The notes under the pieces: model-generated | Database searches by the model: none | Told to the model about the DNA's origin: nothing | The model's input: the letters and a program-made list of their open reading frames with translations, nothing else | Program-made: the position numbers and the translations under genes | Shown here: piece after piece, positions 35,220 to 44,848 of the stretch | Position numbering within the stretch: the stretch's first letter is position 1 | Layout of the letters: each line of letters starts with the position of its first letter | Assembly: GCA_963796275.1 (NCBI GenBank) | Contig: CAWCKY010000003.1 | Span: forward strand, 928,001 to 992,000 | Reading direction: 5' to 3' | Length of the DNA stretch: 64,000 bases | Origin: an uncultured Acidobacteriota bacterium | GTDB taxonomy: Bacteria; Acidobacteriota; Blastocatellia; RBC074

Positions 35220-36320
35220 TTACTGCTCATCCGACGGCCGAGTGTGGTCGTGCAGATGATGCAGATCGCGCCTCTGTTCAATCAAGCTCAGATCGAGGTC
35301 GCGAAAGCGGGAGGAGATCGTCATCCATCGACTTTCCTTGGCAGATCGCTCGGCGGCCTCCACTATCTCGAGCAGATGCAGGTCGTGCGTGATCTCGGCC
35401 AGGGGCGCCCTCCCTTCAAATAATGCAGTGATGGTTTCGGCCAACCCATCAGTCCACATCCATGTCCCCTCCACCGCTTCGTATTCCTCCCAACGGCCCG
35501 CCTCATTCCGCCAGATTTCAAATCCACGCGGATCCCAATCGTCGCCGAGCAGGTTGGCGGTGCCTTCAGATCCGTAGATTTCCAAGGCAGGGCGCCGGTA
35601 TCGCTGGATCGCGTGGCTCGAGACGATGTTGGAAAGCGCTCCCGACTCATGTCGCAGGATGACGTGAGAGACGTCAGGCCCGGGATCGGTTATTTCACAG
35701 GCGCCGATGGATCGCCGTTCGATTGCCGTATGCTCGGCGGCCAGGATTTCAATGCCGGGTCCCAATAGAGATGTGAGGGTCTTCAGATTATATATGCCGA
35801 CTTCCGCCAGCGGCCCGATCCGGCCCTGATGATACCAGTTGGCCCAGGTTGATCCCGCATTGCCGTAGAGCCCGCGCGCTGAATGCGGTTTGCCAATGGC
35901 CCCATTACGAATCTGTTCCCAAAAGGCGCGAAATGTCGGCGCAAGATGGACGAAAGGTGCCGCCATGAGATGAAGACCCCGATTATCAGCCAACTCCGCC
36001 AGTTCTTCTCCTTCGGCGCGAGTCATGGCTAGAGGCTTCTCGACAACTGCGTGTTTGTTATGCTCCAACGCTTGCCGAACTAAGACGGCATGGGTTTCCG
36101 GCGGTGTGATGATAACTACGACATCGATTTCTGATTCCATCACTTGGCCGGGGGATGCAACCAGTTGTAGCCCCGGCCGCCGGCTCTGCAATTCAGCCCA
36201 CTTTTCCCGGCGCCTCGCGCAGACCGGGCCGAGCAGCGCGTAGCCTTTAGGTATAAGGCGATCGAGCGCTCGCAGATAAGCCCACAGTACGTTGCCCGCG
36301 CCGATAATGCCCACCCGCAC
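35220..36320 (-). CDS. Gfo/Idh/MocA family NAD(P)-dependent oxidoreductase
   Basis: VGIIGAG, TPPETHA, VEKPLA, EIYGSEG; GTG start inferred (ORF track extends to 36407). Confidence 0.9.
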   Translation of the reverse strand: MRVGIIGAGNVLWAYLRALDRLIPKGYALLGPVCARRREKWAELQSRRPGLQLVASPGQVMESEIDVVVIITPPETHAVLVRQALEHNKHAVVEKPLAMTRAEGEELAELADNRGLHLMAAPFVHLAPTFRAFWEQIRNGAIGKPHSARGLYGNAGSTWANWYHQGRIGPLAEVGIYNLKTLTSLLGPGIEILAAEHTAIERRSIGACEITDPGPDVSHVILRHESGALSNIVSSHAIQRYRRPALEIYGSEGTANLLGDDWDPRGFEIWRNEAGRWEEYEAVEGTWMWTDGLAETITALFEGRAPLAEITHDLHLLEIVEAAERSAKESRWMTISSRFRDLDLSLIEQRRDLHHLHDHTRPSDEQ

Positions 36321-36342
36321 CGCACGGTTTTCGGGGGCGAAT

Positions 36343-36771
36343 CTATTTTTCTTCTTCTGCCTCATAGGAGAGCATTGCCCCGCCGGCGACGGCGAGCGCG
36401 ATTCCAATCCACTGCCTGAAGGTCAATATTTCAGCCAGAAAGACGCGCGCCAGGACGATAGTGACCAATGGGTAAAGCGCTGTCAGCGGAACTGCGACCG
36501 ATGCTTTGGCGCCTTTCTCCAGCGCTCCGAAGAGAGCCCACGAGCCGAACCCATTAGCCGCGCCACCCAACAAACCGATCATAATTACGTGCCAGCTCAG
36601 GCCGGTGAGATTGCCCTCGCGCCAAAGCAGCGGAAGCAGCGCCGCAAACCCCACTATCAGCCAGATGAGGAGCGAACGCGACGAAATGCGGTTGGTCCCC
36701 AATTTCTGAAGCAACCCGACGACGCCCCAGCAGAGCACAGCAACGCACGCATAGAAAACCCAACTATCCAT
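36343..36771 (-). CDS. Single-domain EamA/DMT transporter
   Basis: 5 TM helices, KASVAVPLTALYP, AEILTFRQWIG. Confidence 0.9.
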   Translation of the reverse strand: MDSWVFYACVAVLCWGVVGLLQKLGTNRISSRSLLIWLIVGFAALLPLLWREGNLTGLSWHVIMIGLLGGAANGFGSWALFGALEKGAKASVAVPLTALYPLVTIVLARVFLAEILTFRQWIGIALAVAGGAMLSYEAEEEK

Positions 36772-38377
36772 CGAATCGCCTCAAAACGAGAGGATAATGA
36801 TGGCGGCCAGCGCCATTACCATACCCGCAGCCTGAACACGGTTGATCCGTTCGCGCAGGATCACAACGGCGAGCGCTATTGTCAGCAGCGGGAAGAGAGC
36901 CGTGAACGGACCGACGATTGACGCTTTGCCCCCTGATAACGCTGCGTAATAGGCCAGCATCCCCAATCCAGTGAAGACTCCGTTCAGTATTCCATAGATC
37001 GCTCCGCGTCGATCCGTCTCGACTCTGAATCCGAGCTGAGCCCAGGCCAGCAGCGAAGGCGGTATGATTCCAACGGTGAAGAGAATCTGGAGTTGTTGCG
37101 GCGATACCCGATCTGATCCAAGTTTTGATAAAAATCCCCAGATGCCCCACCATACAATGCAGAGGAGGGCATATAGCAACCATGTTGAACGAAATCGAGG
37201 TGCCAATTTCGACTTCGACGATGCGGCCTTTTCTTCGATCATGATGCCCGCCCTTTGTTACCGATGCATTCCCGGCCAATCGAGATTCTTTATCGTCCCG
37301 CAATATCCCGCCTTCCTGCTCGACAATATATGAGCAGTACCGTAGAGAATCGCAGTCTACCCCGCGTATCCGCGAGAGACGTTCGGCCGCAAGCTGGGAG
37401 GGCATGATGTCGGTGAGGAATTGCCACCCTAGTGGCGATGCCGGTAACGAAAAAACAAGTTCACCCAGCGAGCCGGAGACTTCTTCACCGATCAGCATTA
37501 CTCTAGCCCCGAGACTCTGCAGATCCTTTGCCACTGCCAGGTCTTCAGTACGCAACGTATGCTGATCGAGCCAGATGCAGAAACGCATATCGCGCTTAAT
37601 TACCTCCTGCGGCCCGTGACGAAAGGCCCCCGTCGTCATCGACGTGGCAGGAGATTTGGCAGCCTCTTCCCAAAGCAACCGGGCTCCGTGACAACTGGCC
37701 ACGCTCGCTCCCCGGGCCAGAAAATAGACCGGATGGTCGGATGCGATCCAATCGCTTGCTTCAATCTTTTCGCGCCAAAGGCCAATATCTTCTTGGACGG
37801 AGAGCAGCGTTTCGATCAATGAAGGGCCGAGAGGGGCATCGGGCTTTCCGGCCGCCGCGCCAACCTTCGTACTCGCTGTTGCTCCTATTGTCGCGGTTAC
37901 TACCAGCCCGGCCGCCATAGCCAGTGCCGTGTACATCATCACCGAGACTGCGTGATCGAAAGAGAGATCGACGCAGACCGATGCATCGCTCGCAAGCGCC
38001 AGGGGGCTGTCGGGCGTGTTGGTGATCGCCACGATATTCGCATCATTAGTTCTCGCTTTGTCGAGTAGATTGACGATCTCAACGCTTCGGCCGCTTCGTG
38101 AAATGACGATGATCACCGAACCGGAAGCCAGGTTGGAAAAGTGCAGAAGCTCCGAAGCCTCGATCAGTCCGACCGGAAAGCCCGCCCGGTGAAAAAAAGA
38201 TGCCCCCGCCATCGCCGCGTGCCAGCTCGCCCCGATGCCGGTGAGGTAGATATAATTTGCCTGATTGAGAATGAAAGCCGCCTTGTCGATTGAGGCTCTT
38301 TCTTCTTCCAGGAGGTAATGAAGCGATCTGATCAACTCTCCCGGTTGTCTGAGAATGTCAGCCAGAAATTTGGTCAT
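36764..38377 (-). CDS. Double-SIS domain sugar-phosphate isomerase/deaminase (GlmS C-term/FrlB/AgaS-like); conserved part ends near 37290 but the ORF runs on
   Basis: DILRQP, TGIGASWHA, ISRSGRS, ITNTPDSPLA, LWEEAAK, FRHGPQE; last ~170 aa look like off-frame read-through. Confidence 0.8.
   Translation of the reverse strand: MTKFLADILRQPGELIRSLHYLLEEERASIDKAAFILNQANYIYLTGIGASWHAAMAGASFFHRAGFPVGLIEASELLHFSNLASGSVIIVISRSGRSVEIVNLLDKARTNDANIVAITNTPDSPLALASDASVCVDLSFDHAVSVMMYTALAMAAGLVVTATIGATASTKVGAAAGKPDAPLGPSLIETLLSVQEDIGLWREKIEASDWIASDHPVYFLARGASVASCHGARLLWEEAAKSPATSMTTGAFRHGPQEVIKRDMRFCIWLDQHTLRTEDLAVAKDLQSLGARVMLIGEEVSGSLGELVFSLPASPLGWQFLTDIMPSQLAAERLSRIRGVDCDSLRYCSYIVEQEGGILRDDKESRLAGNASVTKGGHHDRRKGRIVEVEIGTSISFNMVAICPPLHCMVGHLGIFIKTWIRSGIAATTPDSLHRWNHTAFAAGLGSARIQSRDGSTRSDLWNTERSLHWIGDAGLLRSVIRGQSVNRRSVHGSLPAADNSARRCDPARTDQPCSGCGYGNGAGRHHYPLVLRRFDG
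36781..37242 (-). CDS. Single-domain EamA/DMT transporter
   Basis: WWGIWGFLSK, KASIVGPFTALFP, LRERIN; paralogous to its neighbour. Confidence 0.88.
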   Translation of the reverse strand: MIEEKAASSKSKLAPRFRSTWLLYALLCIVWWGIWGFLSKLGSDRVSPQQLQILFTVGIIPPSLLAWAQLGFRVETDRRGAIYGILNGVFTGLGMLAYYAALSGGKASIVGPFTALFPLLTIALAVVILRERINRVQAAGMVMALAAIIILSF

Positions 38378-38392
38378 CCTAGCAAAGTCCTT

Positions 38393-39376
38393 TCATTTGG
38401 CAGGGGTCAGCACGATATTCCGATACCAGACTTTTCCGTAATCGCCCTGGAGCATGAGCGGGCCCGGGCTGCCCTCGTCGCTCTCGAGTGCTGCGCCTGT
38501 GATTCCTGGAATCTCTTCATCATCGATGATCGTGACGCCGTTGAGACTGATCGTCACTCTGCGTCCCACGAGTGTGGCGTCGATCGTCTGCCACTTGCCG
38601 GCCGGCCGCGCGGGATTCGTTGCCGGTGTGAGAAAGCCATATACCCCACCTAGGCGATGGCTGTCAGGAGGCTTGCCGAAACTGTCTTCGAGCTCGATCT
38701 CGTAGCGACCGCGAAGATAAACGCCGCTATCGCTTCCCGCCGCTATCTTGAATTCGAGATGGATGCGAAAGTCATCGAACTTTTCCGCCGTCACCAGATT
38801 TGCTCCGCTGGCTTCATTGACCAGAATTCCGTCTTCTATTTTCCACTTGCTCGGTTTGTTCGCCGGGTAAGACATCCATCCGGACAGGTCTTTCCCGTTG
38901 AACAAGCGGATAGATTTGCCCCAGTCAGGCGCACCGGTCCGCGCGAGCGCTGGCGCTCTGGTGGCCCTCCAGCGCTGCTCTTCGCCGCTCCAGTGAGTGG
39001 TTCCGCTCAGCCGGCCATCTGACAGCCTGCCTATAAAAATGAGGTCATGCGGCCAACCTCCTTCACGTGCGATGATGAATTCAAGCTGGCCGGCGTCGAA
39101 GCGGATGCTTTTGAGCGGCTGCGCGGCATCCCACCTCCCGACGAAGCGCCCGGTTAGATGATCGCCGGAATCGGATATTTCGATCCAGCTCGGGTAACTG
39201 CCGTCCTTACCTGTCACGGTGATATCCCATCTGCCAAGAACTGTTTCTATCTGCATCGGCAGAGAAGAAACGGTAGGATTCACCACAAAAATCACAAAAG
39301 TACAAAGAAGGCAGACGAAGGTTCTTCTTTTGTTTTGTCTATTTTTTGCCGTTTTGTGTTCTTTGTGGTGAATCAT
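38393..39376 (-). CDS. DUF1080 (3-keto-glycoside hydrolase/hydratase) family protein, exported
   Basis: LFNGKDLSGW, HLEFK, DSGVYLRGRYE, GKWQT, LNGV, GPLMLQGD, YRNI. Confidence 0.92.
   Translation of the reverse strand: MIHHKEHKTAKNRQNKRRTFVCLLCTFVIFVVNPTVSSLPMQIETVLGRWDITVTGKDGSYPSWIEISDSGDHLTGRFVGRWDAAQPLKSIRFDAGQLEFIIAREGGWPHDLIFIGRLSDGRLSGTTHWSGEEQRWRATRAPALARTGAPDWGKSIRLFNGKDLSGWMSYPANKPSKWKIEDGILVNEASGANLVTAEKFDDFRIHLEFKIAAGSDSGVYLRGRYEIELEDSFGKPPDSHRLGGVYGFLTPATNPARPAGKWQTIDATLVGRRVTISLNGVTIIDDEEIPGITGAALESDEGSPGPLMLQGDYGKVWYRNIVLTPAK
39278..39373. repeat. Palindromic element ATTCACCACAAA...TTTGTGGTGAAT inside the DUF1080 5' coding region
   Basis: Perfect 12-bp terminal inverted repeat; related arms at 50084-50171 and 57904. 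Confidence 0.7.
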
Positions 39377-39387
39377 TTCTCTCAACC

Positions 39388-42300
39388 TCAGAATGTGATT
39401 CTACCCGCAACTTGAATATTGCGTGGCGCTGTCACCGATCCATCCCATAACCCGAAGGATGTGCCCGTGATGTCTGCCCCGAATCCACGTAATGTATGGT
39501 TGTTCCATAGATTGAATGCTTCACCGCGAAGCTGGAAAGTCACACGCTCGGTGATCCGGACATCTTTGAAGATCGCGAAATCCTGGTTTCTGTATCCGAA
39601 TCCGCGATAATTCGTAATCCGTGCGCCGTTTCCATAATATGTCACGGTGCTGAAGCTATCATTGGGCTCAAAGGAATCGATATCAAAGAGCGGTCCACTC
39701 GGATCGAAATTATCCTTACTCTGTGCCCATGGGTTTTTGCCAGGCAATAAGCCCGGGATACAGGCAAGCGCGAATTGACTTGGGACGGTGCAATTGCTCG
39801 AACGGAATGAGAACGGAGTGCCCGAACTGAATCGCAAAATATTGCTCACCCTCCATCCGCCTATCAGGTGATTCACCACTCCGTCTCCACTGAGCCAGCG
39901 TTGCCCTTTTCCGAAAGGAAGATCATAGGTCATCGCTAGCGAAAATGAGTGCGGAATATCATCCAAAGCCAGCCCCTTGCTCCGTCTCTGCTCGAATGGA
40001 GAAATGCCCAGGTTGCCCGGCTGGTTGCTGTCCGCGTTGGTGAGCATCTTTGAGAAGGTGTATGAAGTCAGAAACCACAGTCCACGCGAAAACCGCTTCT
40101 CCGCCTTAAGCTGAAGCGAGTGATATGTCGAGTTGCCGGCATTTTCGTTTATCCCATAGATGTTGCCGCAATACTGGGGGAATGGAAGCAGCGCCTGAGC
40201 CAGCGTTGGCGGGCAGGCCTGCATCTGTTCGACCCAGCCGGCAAATGGGACGGGCACGCCATTCAAACTGGTCTGACCAGGCTCAAATGCTGTCAGGAGC
40301 GCGCTGCCGTATTGGTTGAGAAGCCTCGGGTCGAGGGCATTGAGTGGGTTGATCTGCGAGATCAGCCGCGTCCCCTTGCTGCCTACATACGCGGCGCTGA
40401 CATTGATCGTATTGGTCGCTTGATTCTCGATCGTCAGATTCCACTGCTGCGAATATGGCAACCGGTTCGCATCAGCCGGGCGATAGATCGGCGCATCCTG
40501 CCCATTGAGAAACCCCGAATCGAGGAATGGCGGGCGGGTGAAGTTCTGCGGCACGCCATTGCTCAAAATGAAGGCCGGAACCAGCCCACCCTCGGTGCTG
40601 GAGAATGATGGGTTGGCGTTAAAGCCGTCACTTCTGATGCCGCCTTCCCACCCCGGAATAAATCCTGCGTCGAAGAAGATACCGTAACCGAGCCGCACCA
40701 CCGTATTCTCTCGCGGTGAGTACGCGATGCCGAACCGCGGGGCGAAGGCTTTGAAGTATCTTTTCTCTGGATAGCGTCCGCCGAAGCTAGCGGCCCCTGC
40801 ATCGTTGCCGGCGAATGCCAGACGGCCGGGCCGGTTTCCCGCCGACGGATTCAGTCCGACCGGATCCAGGAACGAGAAGAAATCATGTTTCTCAAACGAA
40901 GGAGCGACCGTCTCCCAACGGAGACCATAATTTAGACTGAGCCTGGGGAAGACTTGCCAGGTATCGCCTGCGTGGGCAATCCAGGAACTCTGCATGCCGA
41001 TCGACCGTGTAGTGTTGCGGATATCGAAATTCGCAGAATCGACCTGTTCGAGCAGGAAGCTGGCGATCGGGCTTCCGCTATTTATTCCGAGCAATCCCGT
41101 GTTTGCCCGGCTGAAATTAAATTCGCCCGCCTCGCCGGTGACCCGAGGGACATTGTTGGTCATATGCCGGTATTCTGCGCCGAATTTAAGCGTGTGCCGT
41201 CCCTTGACCCAGGTCATAACGTTACTGCCTACGACAGCAGGAGCGGGCCAGCTGTTCTCTTCCGCCGATCCCTGGTTAGAGCCATACCCTTCGAATTTGT
41301 CATCAAGGAAGCGAATGGCTGACGGATAGGCGTGCCGCGCCACGCCCTGAATCTTCGGCAGTTCGTCTGTGTAAGGGACATCAATTCCGCCGCCAAAAAA
41401 ATGATCGTGGTTATAACCGATACTGAAGTGATTGAGCAGAGTCGGGCTGAAAGTATGATCCCAGTTCACTCGGTTGATCCATGTGGTTTTGTAATTGAGC
41501 TGACCCGTGCTGATCTGAGGCGGCAGCGTGGTAGTCTCCTGGCGCAGGTTGTTGCGTTTGAAGATGGTGAAGGTGAAATGGTCGTTGTTGCCGAGATACT
41601 CGTCGATCCTCACGTTGAGGATATTGGCGTCGGCGCTGAATCCTCCCGGTAGGGCCGGCGGCAAGTAGTTGTTCACCGCACCCGGAAAGGTCGGCTCCGG
41701 GAGGAATTTGAACCACTGGAGTGCCAGCGAGTTTCTGAGACGGGGGTCGCTCGGACAGATTACGTTCGGGGTGTTTCCGTCGCATCCCATAAACTGATCG
41801 CGGACCACGCGACGGTCTGTCTGCAATGTCTCTGAGTTAACGACATCGACGAACCGAGTCGTAGCCGGATCATATATCGGGATGAGGTTGCCGCTGGCAT
41901 CCACCCAATCGGTGAAGTCCCCCTGGCGATTTTTGAGAGAGGGGATGGAAAGGACCGGACGAACCAAGCCGCCGCGGATCCGGTAACCCTCCCAATTTAC
42001 GAAGAAGAACGTTTTATTCCGCTGCGACCATGCGAGCGGCAATTTGACCGGGCCGCCGATGGCGCCTCCGAAGTTGTTCTGGATGTTTGTCGGCCTGCCG
42101 GGTCGTTCCTCGCCGATGCCGAACTGGTTGGCATTGAAGATAGTGTTGCGATGGTACTCGTATAGACCACCGTGGAATTGGTTCGTCCCCGCCTTGGTCT
42201 CCATAATGAATACCACGGCGCCGGTTGAGCCATATTGCGGTTCATAGTTCCCATTGAGTATCTTCAATTCACTCACCATATCGGGCGATTGTGGGAAATC

Positions 42301-42924
42301 GAATGCCGCCGACCACGTGCCGTTGCCGCCGTTGGGGTTGACCATCGTAACACCATTGAGAATCGCCTCTCCGGCGTATTGTACGCTTCCGTTGAAATGA
42401 GCTCCGATGACGCTGCCGTCAGGCGTGGTGACGCCAGGGAAGAGTGTGGCGAATGAGGCCGACGAGCGTGGGCCGCCCGCGACGATGAGTGGGAGATCGT
42501 TGACGGTCTTCGGCTCGATGCTCCCGCTTTGAGTGGCATCTTCGCGATTTATCGGCGAGACATCGGCGTTAATCTCGACGATTTCACTCGTCGCCCCGAT
42601 CTTTAATTGTGCATCGATACGCGCTTTTTCGTTGAGCGATATCCGCACGCCACTACGGACGTAGCTCTGAAACCCGTCGGCAGAGAACTTGAGTTCGTAA
42701 TCGCCCGCGGCGAGGTTGAGAAAACTATATAGCCCGCCGGCATCGGTCGCGATCTTGAAATCTATGCCGGTGCTGATGGCTCTCAGCGTGACGTTGGCGT
42801 TCGGGATCACGGCTCCGCTCTGATCGGTGATCACACCGTTGATCGATGCGCTGGTGTTCTGCGCTGCAGCTGCTCCGTGAACAAGCGCCAGGAATAAGGC
42901 GGCTGACAGGAAGTGATATTTCAT
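39388..42924 (-). CDS. Oar-type TonB-dependent outer-membrane receptor with carboxypeptidase-regulatory-like N-domain
   Basis: Signal peptide, GVITDQSGAVIPNANV, GTNQFHG, NNFGGAIGGP, LNYGLRWE, APRFGIAY, C-terminal F. Confidence 0.93.
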   Translation of the reverse strand: MKYHFLSAALFLALVHGAAAAQNTSASINGVITDQSGAVIPNANVTLRAISTGIDFKIATDAGGLYSFLNLAAGDYELKFSADGFQSYVRSGVRISLNEKARIDAQLKIGATSEIVEINADVSPINREDATQSGSIEPKTVNDLPLIVAGGPRSSASFATLFPGVTTPDGSVIGAHFNGSVQYAGEAILNGVTMVNPNGGNGTWSAAFDFPQSPDMVSELKILNGNYEPQYGSTGAVVFIMETKAGTNQFHGGLYEYHRNTIFNANQFGIGEERPGRPTNIQNNFGGAIGGPVKLPLAWSQRNKTFFFVNWEGYRIRGGLVRPVLSIPSLKNRQGDFTDWVDASGNLIPIYDPATTRFVDVVNSETLQTDRRVVRDQFMGCDGNTPNVICPSDPRLRNSLALQWFKFLPEPTFPGAVNNYLPPALPGGFSADANILNVRIDEYLGNNDHFTFTIFKRNNLRQETTTLPPQISTGQLNYKTTWINRVNWDHTFSPTLLNHFSIGYNHDHFFGGGIDVPYTDELPKIQGVARHAYPSAIRFLDDKFEGYGSNQGSAEENSWPAPAVVGSNVMTWVKGRHTLKFGAEYRHMTNNVPRVTGEAGEFNFSRANTGLLGINSGSPIASFLLEQVDSANFDIRNTTRSIGMQSSWIAHAGDTWQVFPRLSLNYGLRWETVAPSFEKHDFFSFLDPVGLNPSAGNRPGRLAFAGNDAGAASFGGRYPEKRYFKAFAPRFGIAYSPRENTVVRLGYGIFFDAGFIPGWEGGIRSDGFNANPSFSSTEGGLVPAFILSNGVPQNFTRPPFLDSGFLNGQDAPIYRPADANRLPYSQQWNLTIENQATNTINVSAAYVGSKGTRLISQINPLNALDPRLLNQYGSALLTAFEPGQTSLNGVPVPFAGWVEQMQACPPTLAQALLPFPQYCGNIYGINENAGNSTYHSLQLKAEKRFSRGLWFLTSYTFSKMLTNADSNQPGNLGISPFEQRRSKGLALDDIPHSFSLAMTYDLPFGKGQRWLSGDGVVNHLIGGWRVSNILRFSSGTPFSFRSSNCTVPSQFALACIPGLLPGKNPWAQSKDNFDPSGPLFDIDSFEPNDSFSTVTYYGNGARITNYRGFGYRNQDFAIFKDVRITERVTFQLRGEAFNLWNNHTLRGFGADITGTSFGLWDGSVTAPRNIQVAGRITF

Positions 42925-42956
42925 TTGTGCCTCCTTGCAGGGTTTGGGGGATTGGC

Positions 42957-43068
42957 CTCACGCCCAACGCAAAGGCGCGCAGAGAAGAAGAGGGGAAAAG
43001 AGAAACTGCTTTTTCTCTTTTCTTCTTCTTTCTTTTTCACTCTTGGCGTCTAAGCGCGTTTGCGTGAG
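42957..43068. repeat. Long intergenic palindrome (CTCACGC...GCGTGAG) with purine/pyrimidine arms
   Basis: Imperfect hairpin between the GMC and TonB receptor genes. Confidence 0.6.
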
Positions 43069-43077
43069 ATCTTGAAC

Positions 43078-44766
43078 TTAAGTATGGACGCCGCGTTTTA
43101 AGTTCTCGAAGATGTACTCGCAAGTGCGCAGCGTGAAGGCCATGATCGAAAGCGTCGTCGTCTTATCCGTGGCGAAAGGGAAGATACTCGCGTCGCAGAT
43201 GTAGATATTCGACACGTCGTGGCACTGGGAAAAACCATTGGTGACAGATTTCTTAGGGTCACTGCCGAATCGGCATGCGCCGGTCTCGTGCAGGCTGTGG
43301 CCCGGGGAAAGCGGTTCGGAACCTGTTCCCCAGACTTCGCCGCCCGCTCGTCGAATGATCTCGCTGCAGACATGTTTAGAGTGCTCCCACATCATCAGTT
43401 CGTTCGCCTCCCAGTTGAAATGGAAGCGGGCCACGGGGATCCCGAAGATGTCTTTTGCGTTCGGGTCGAGGTCGAGGTAGTTGCCGGGAGACGGAAGCGA
43501 AGGAGCTTGCAGCAGGAAACTGACCGGAGCCGGGTAATATCGCTTGATGTTGCGTTTGAATTCCGAGCCGAATCCTTCAAATTGATGGTAATGGCCGGGA
43601 AACCCGCCGCACCCGCCGTAAGGATAGACGGAGTACCCGCGAATGAATTTTTCTTCGAAGGGGCTTTTCAAGTTCTGCCAGCGCGGCATCCAGACGACGG
43701 TCGAGTCGGCGACATTGTCGGGGGTCGCGGGTTGCCCCACCAGCTGCGGCAGGAAGCCCCAGGCAGGACTGCCGTAAAGGTGATCGCTGATGTTTCGGCC
43801 GACCTGACCGCTCGAATTGGCGACGCCGGTGGGCCAGTGGCGCGATTTCGAATTCAGCAGAATCTTCGCCGACTCGCAGCACGAAGCGGCGACGATCACC
43901 GCCTTACCGTAGACCTTGACCTCCTGCCGCGTGGAGCGGTCGATGTAGGAAACCCCCGTCGCCTTGCGGCCGTCCGGAGAGACGAGAATGCTTCTGACGT
44001 GCGCATTCGGGCGTAATTCCAATCTGCCTGTGCGCTCGGCTTCCGGCAGGAAGAACATAGTCGGCGAAAAGAAAGATCCGGTCTCACACCCCGTCGTACA
44101 TCCGGCGCAATAATGGCAGGCGGGATGCCCGTTGTGGCTGACCGTCAGTTGGGCGCACCGGTCGTGTACGTAGGGGATACCCATCCGGTCGCATGCGCTC
44201 TTGAGAACGTAATCGAAACAGCGCAGCTTGAAGGGCGGCAGATATTCCCCGTCCGGATTGCTCGGGCGGTTCTGAATAGTGCTAGCCACCCCGATCAGTT
44301 TTTCTATGCGGCTGTAGTATGGTGCGATCTCTTCGTAAGTGATGGGCCAGTCTGCGTCGAACCCATCGAGTGAGGCGGCTTTGAGATCAATCTCCCCAAA
44401 GCGCGCAGAAGAGCGCCCCCAGAAGTTGGCCTTGCCGCCCGTCGCCTTGCATCGCGTCCACGTCCAACGGCTTCCCGGAGCAACGGTGTAAGTTATGTCG
44501 TGTTCAAAGAGGTCGAAGGTGGCTTCCTGCTCGCAGTCGCCCTGGCGCAGATGGCGCGTCTTCGGATTGCCCAGACCGCGATACTGCAGTTCGAATCTGT
44601 GTCGATGATTGCCGTAATCTTTCGCCGGGTCGAGGCGCTTTCCCGAGTTGAGCGCCAGCACTTTGAGTCCCGCCTCGCACAGGAACTTGATCGCGGTGCT
44701 ACCGCCGGCGCCCGTGCCGATGACAATAACGTCGTAAACTTTTCTGCTTTTTTGGAGGAACGGCAT
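43078..44766 (-). CDS. GMC oxidoreductase (glycoside 3-dehydrogenase flavoprotein-like)
   Basis: IGTGAGG, GGKANFWG, DWPITYEEIAPYY, CHYCAGCTTGC Fe-S motif, HETGACR. Confidence 0.93.
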   Translation of the reverse strand: MPFLQKSRKVYDVIVIGTGAGGSTAIKFLCEAGLKVLALNSGKRLDPAKDYGNHRHRFELQYRGLGNPKTRHLRQGDCEQEATFDLFEHDITYTVAPGSRWTWTRCKATGGKANFWGRSSARFGEIDLKAASLDGFDADWPITYEEIAPYYSRIEKLIGVASTIQNRPSNPDGEYLPPFKLRCFDYVLKSACDRMGIPYVHDRCAQLTVSHNGHPACHYCAGCTTGCETGSFFSPTMFFLPEAERTGRLELRPNAHVRSILVSPDGRKATGVSYIDRSTRQEVKVYGKAVIVAASCCESAKILLNSKSRHWPTGVANSSGQVGRNISDHLYGSPAWGFLPQLVGQPATPDNVADSTVVWMPRWQNLKSPFEEKFIRGYSVYPYGGCGGFPGHYHQFEGFGSEFKRNIKRYYPAPVSFLLQAPSLPSPGNYLDLDPNAKDIFGIPVARFHFNWEANELMMWEHSKHVCSEIIRRAGGEVWGTGSEPLSPGHSLHETGACRFGSDPKKSVTNGFSQCHDVSNIYICDASIFPFATDKTTTLSIMAFTLRTCEYIFENLKRGVHT

Positions 44767-44772
44767 AAATAA

Positions 44773-44848
44773 CAGTTTTCAGTTTTCAGTTTTTAGTATT
44801 CAGTGGCTGGCCGACTACCATCTAACTGAAAACTAAAACTGAAAACTA
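44773..44848. repeat. Heptamer inverted repeat (CAGTTTT)n...(AAAACTG/AAAACTA)n
   Basis: Fills the intergenic gap and supplies the TAG stop of the upstream gene. Confidence 0.8.
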
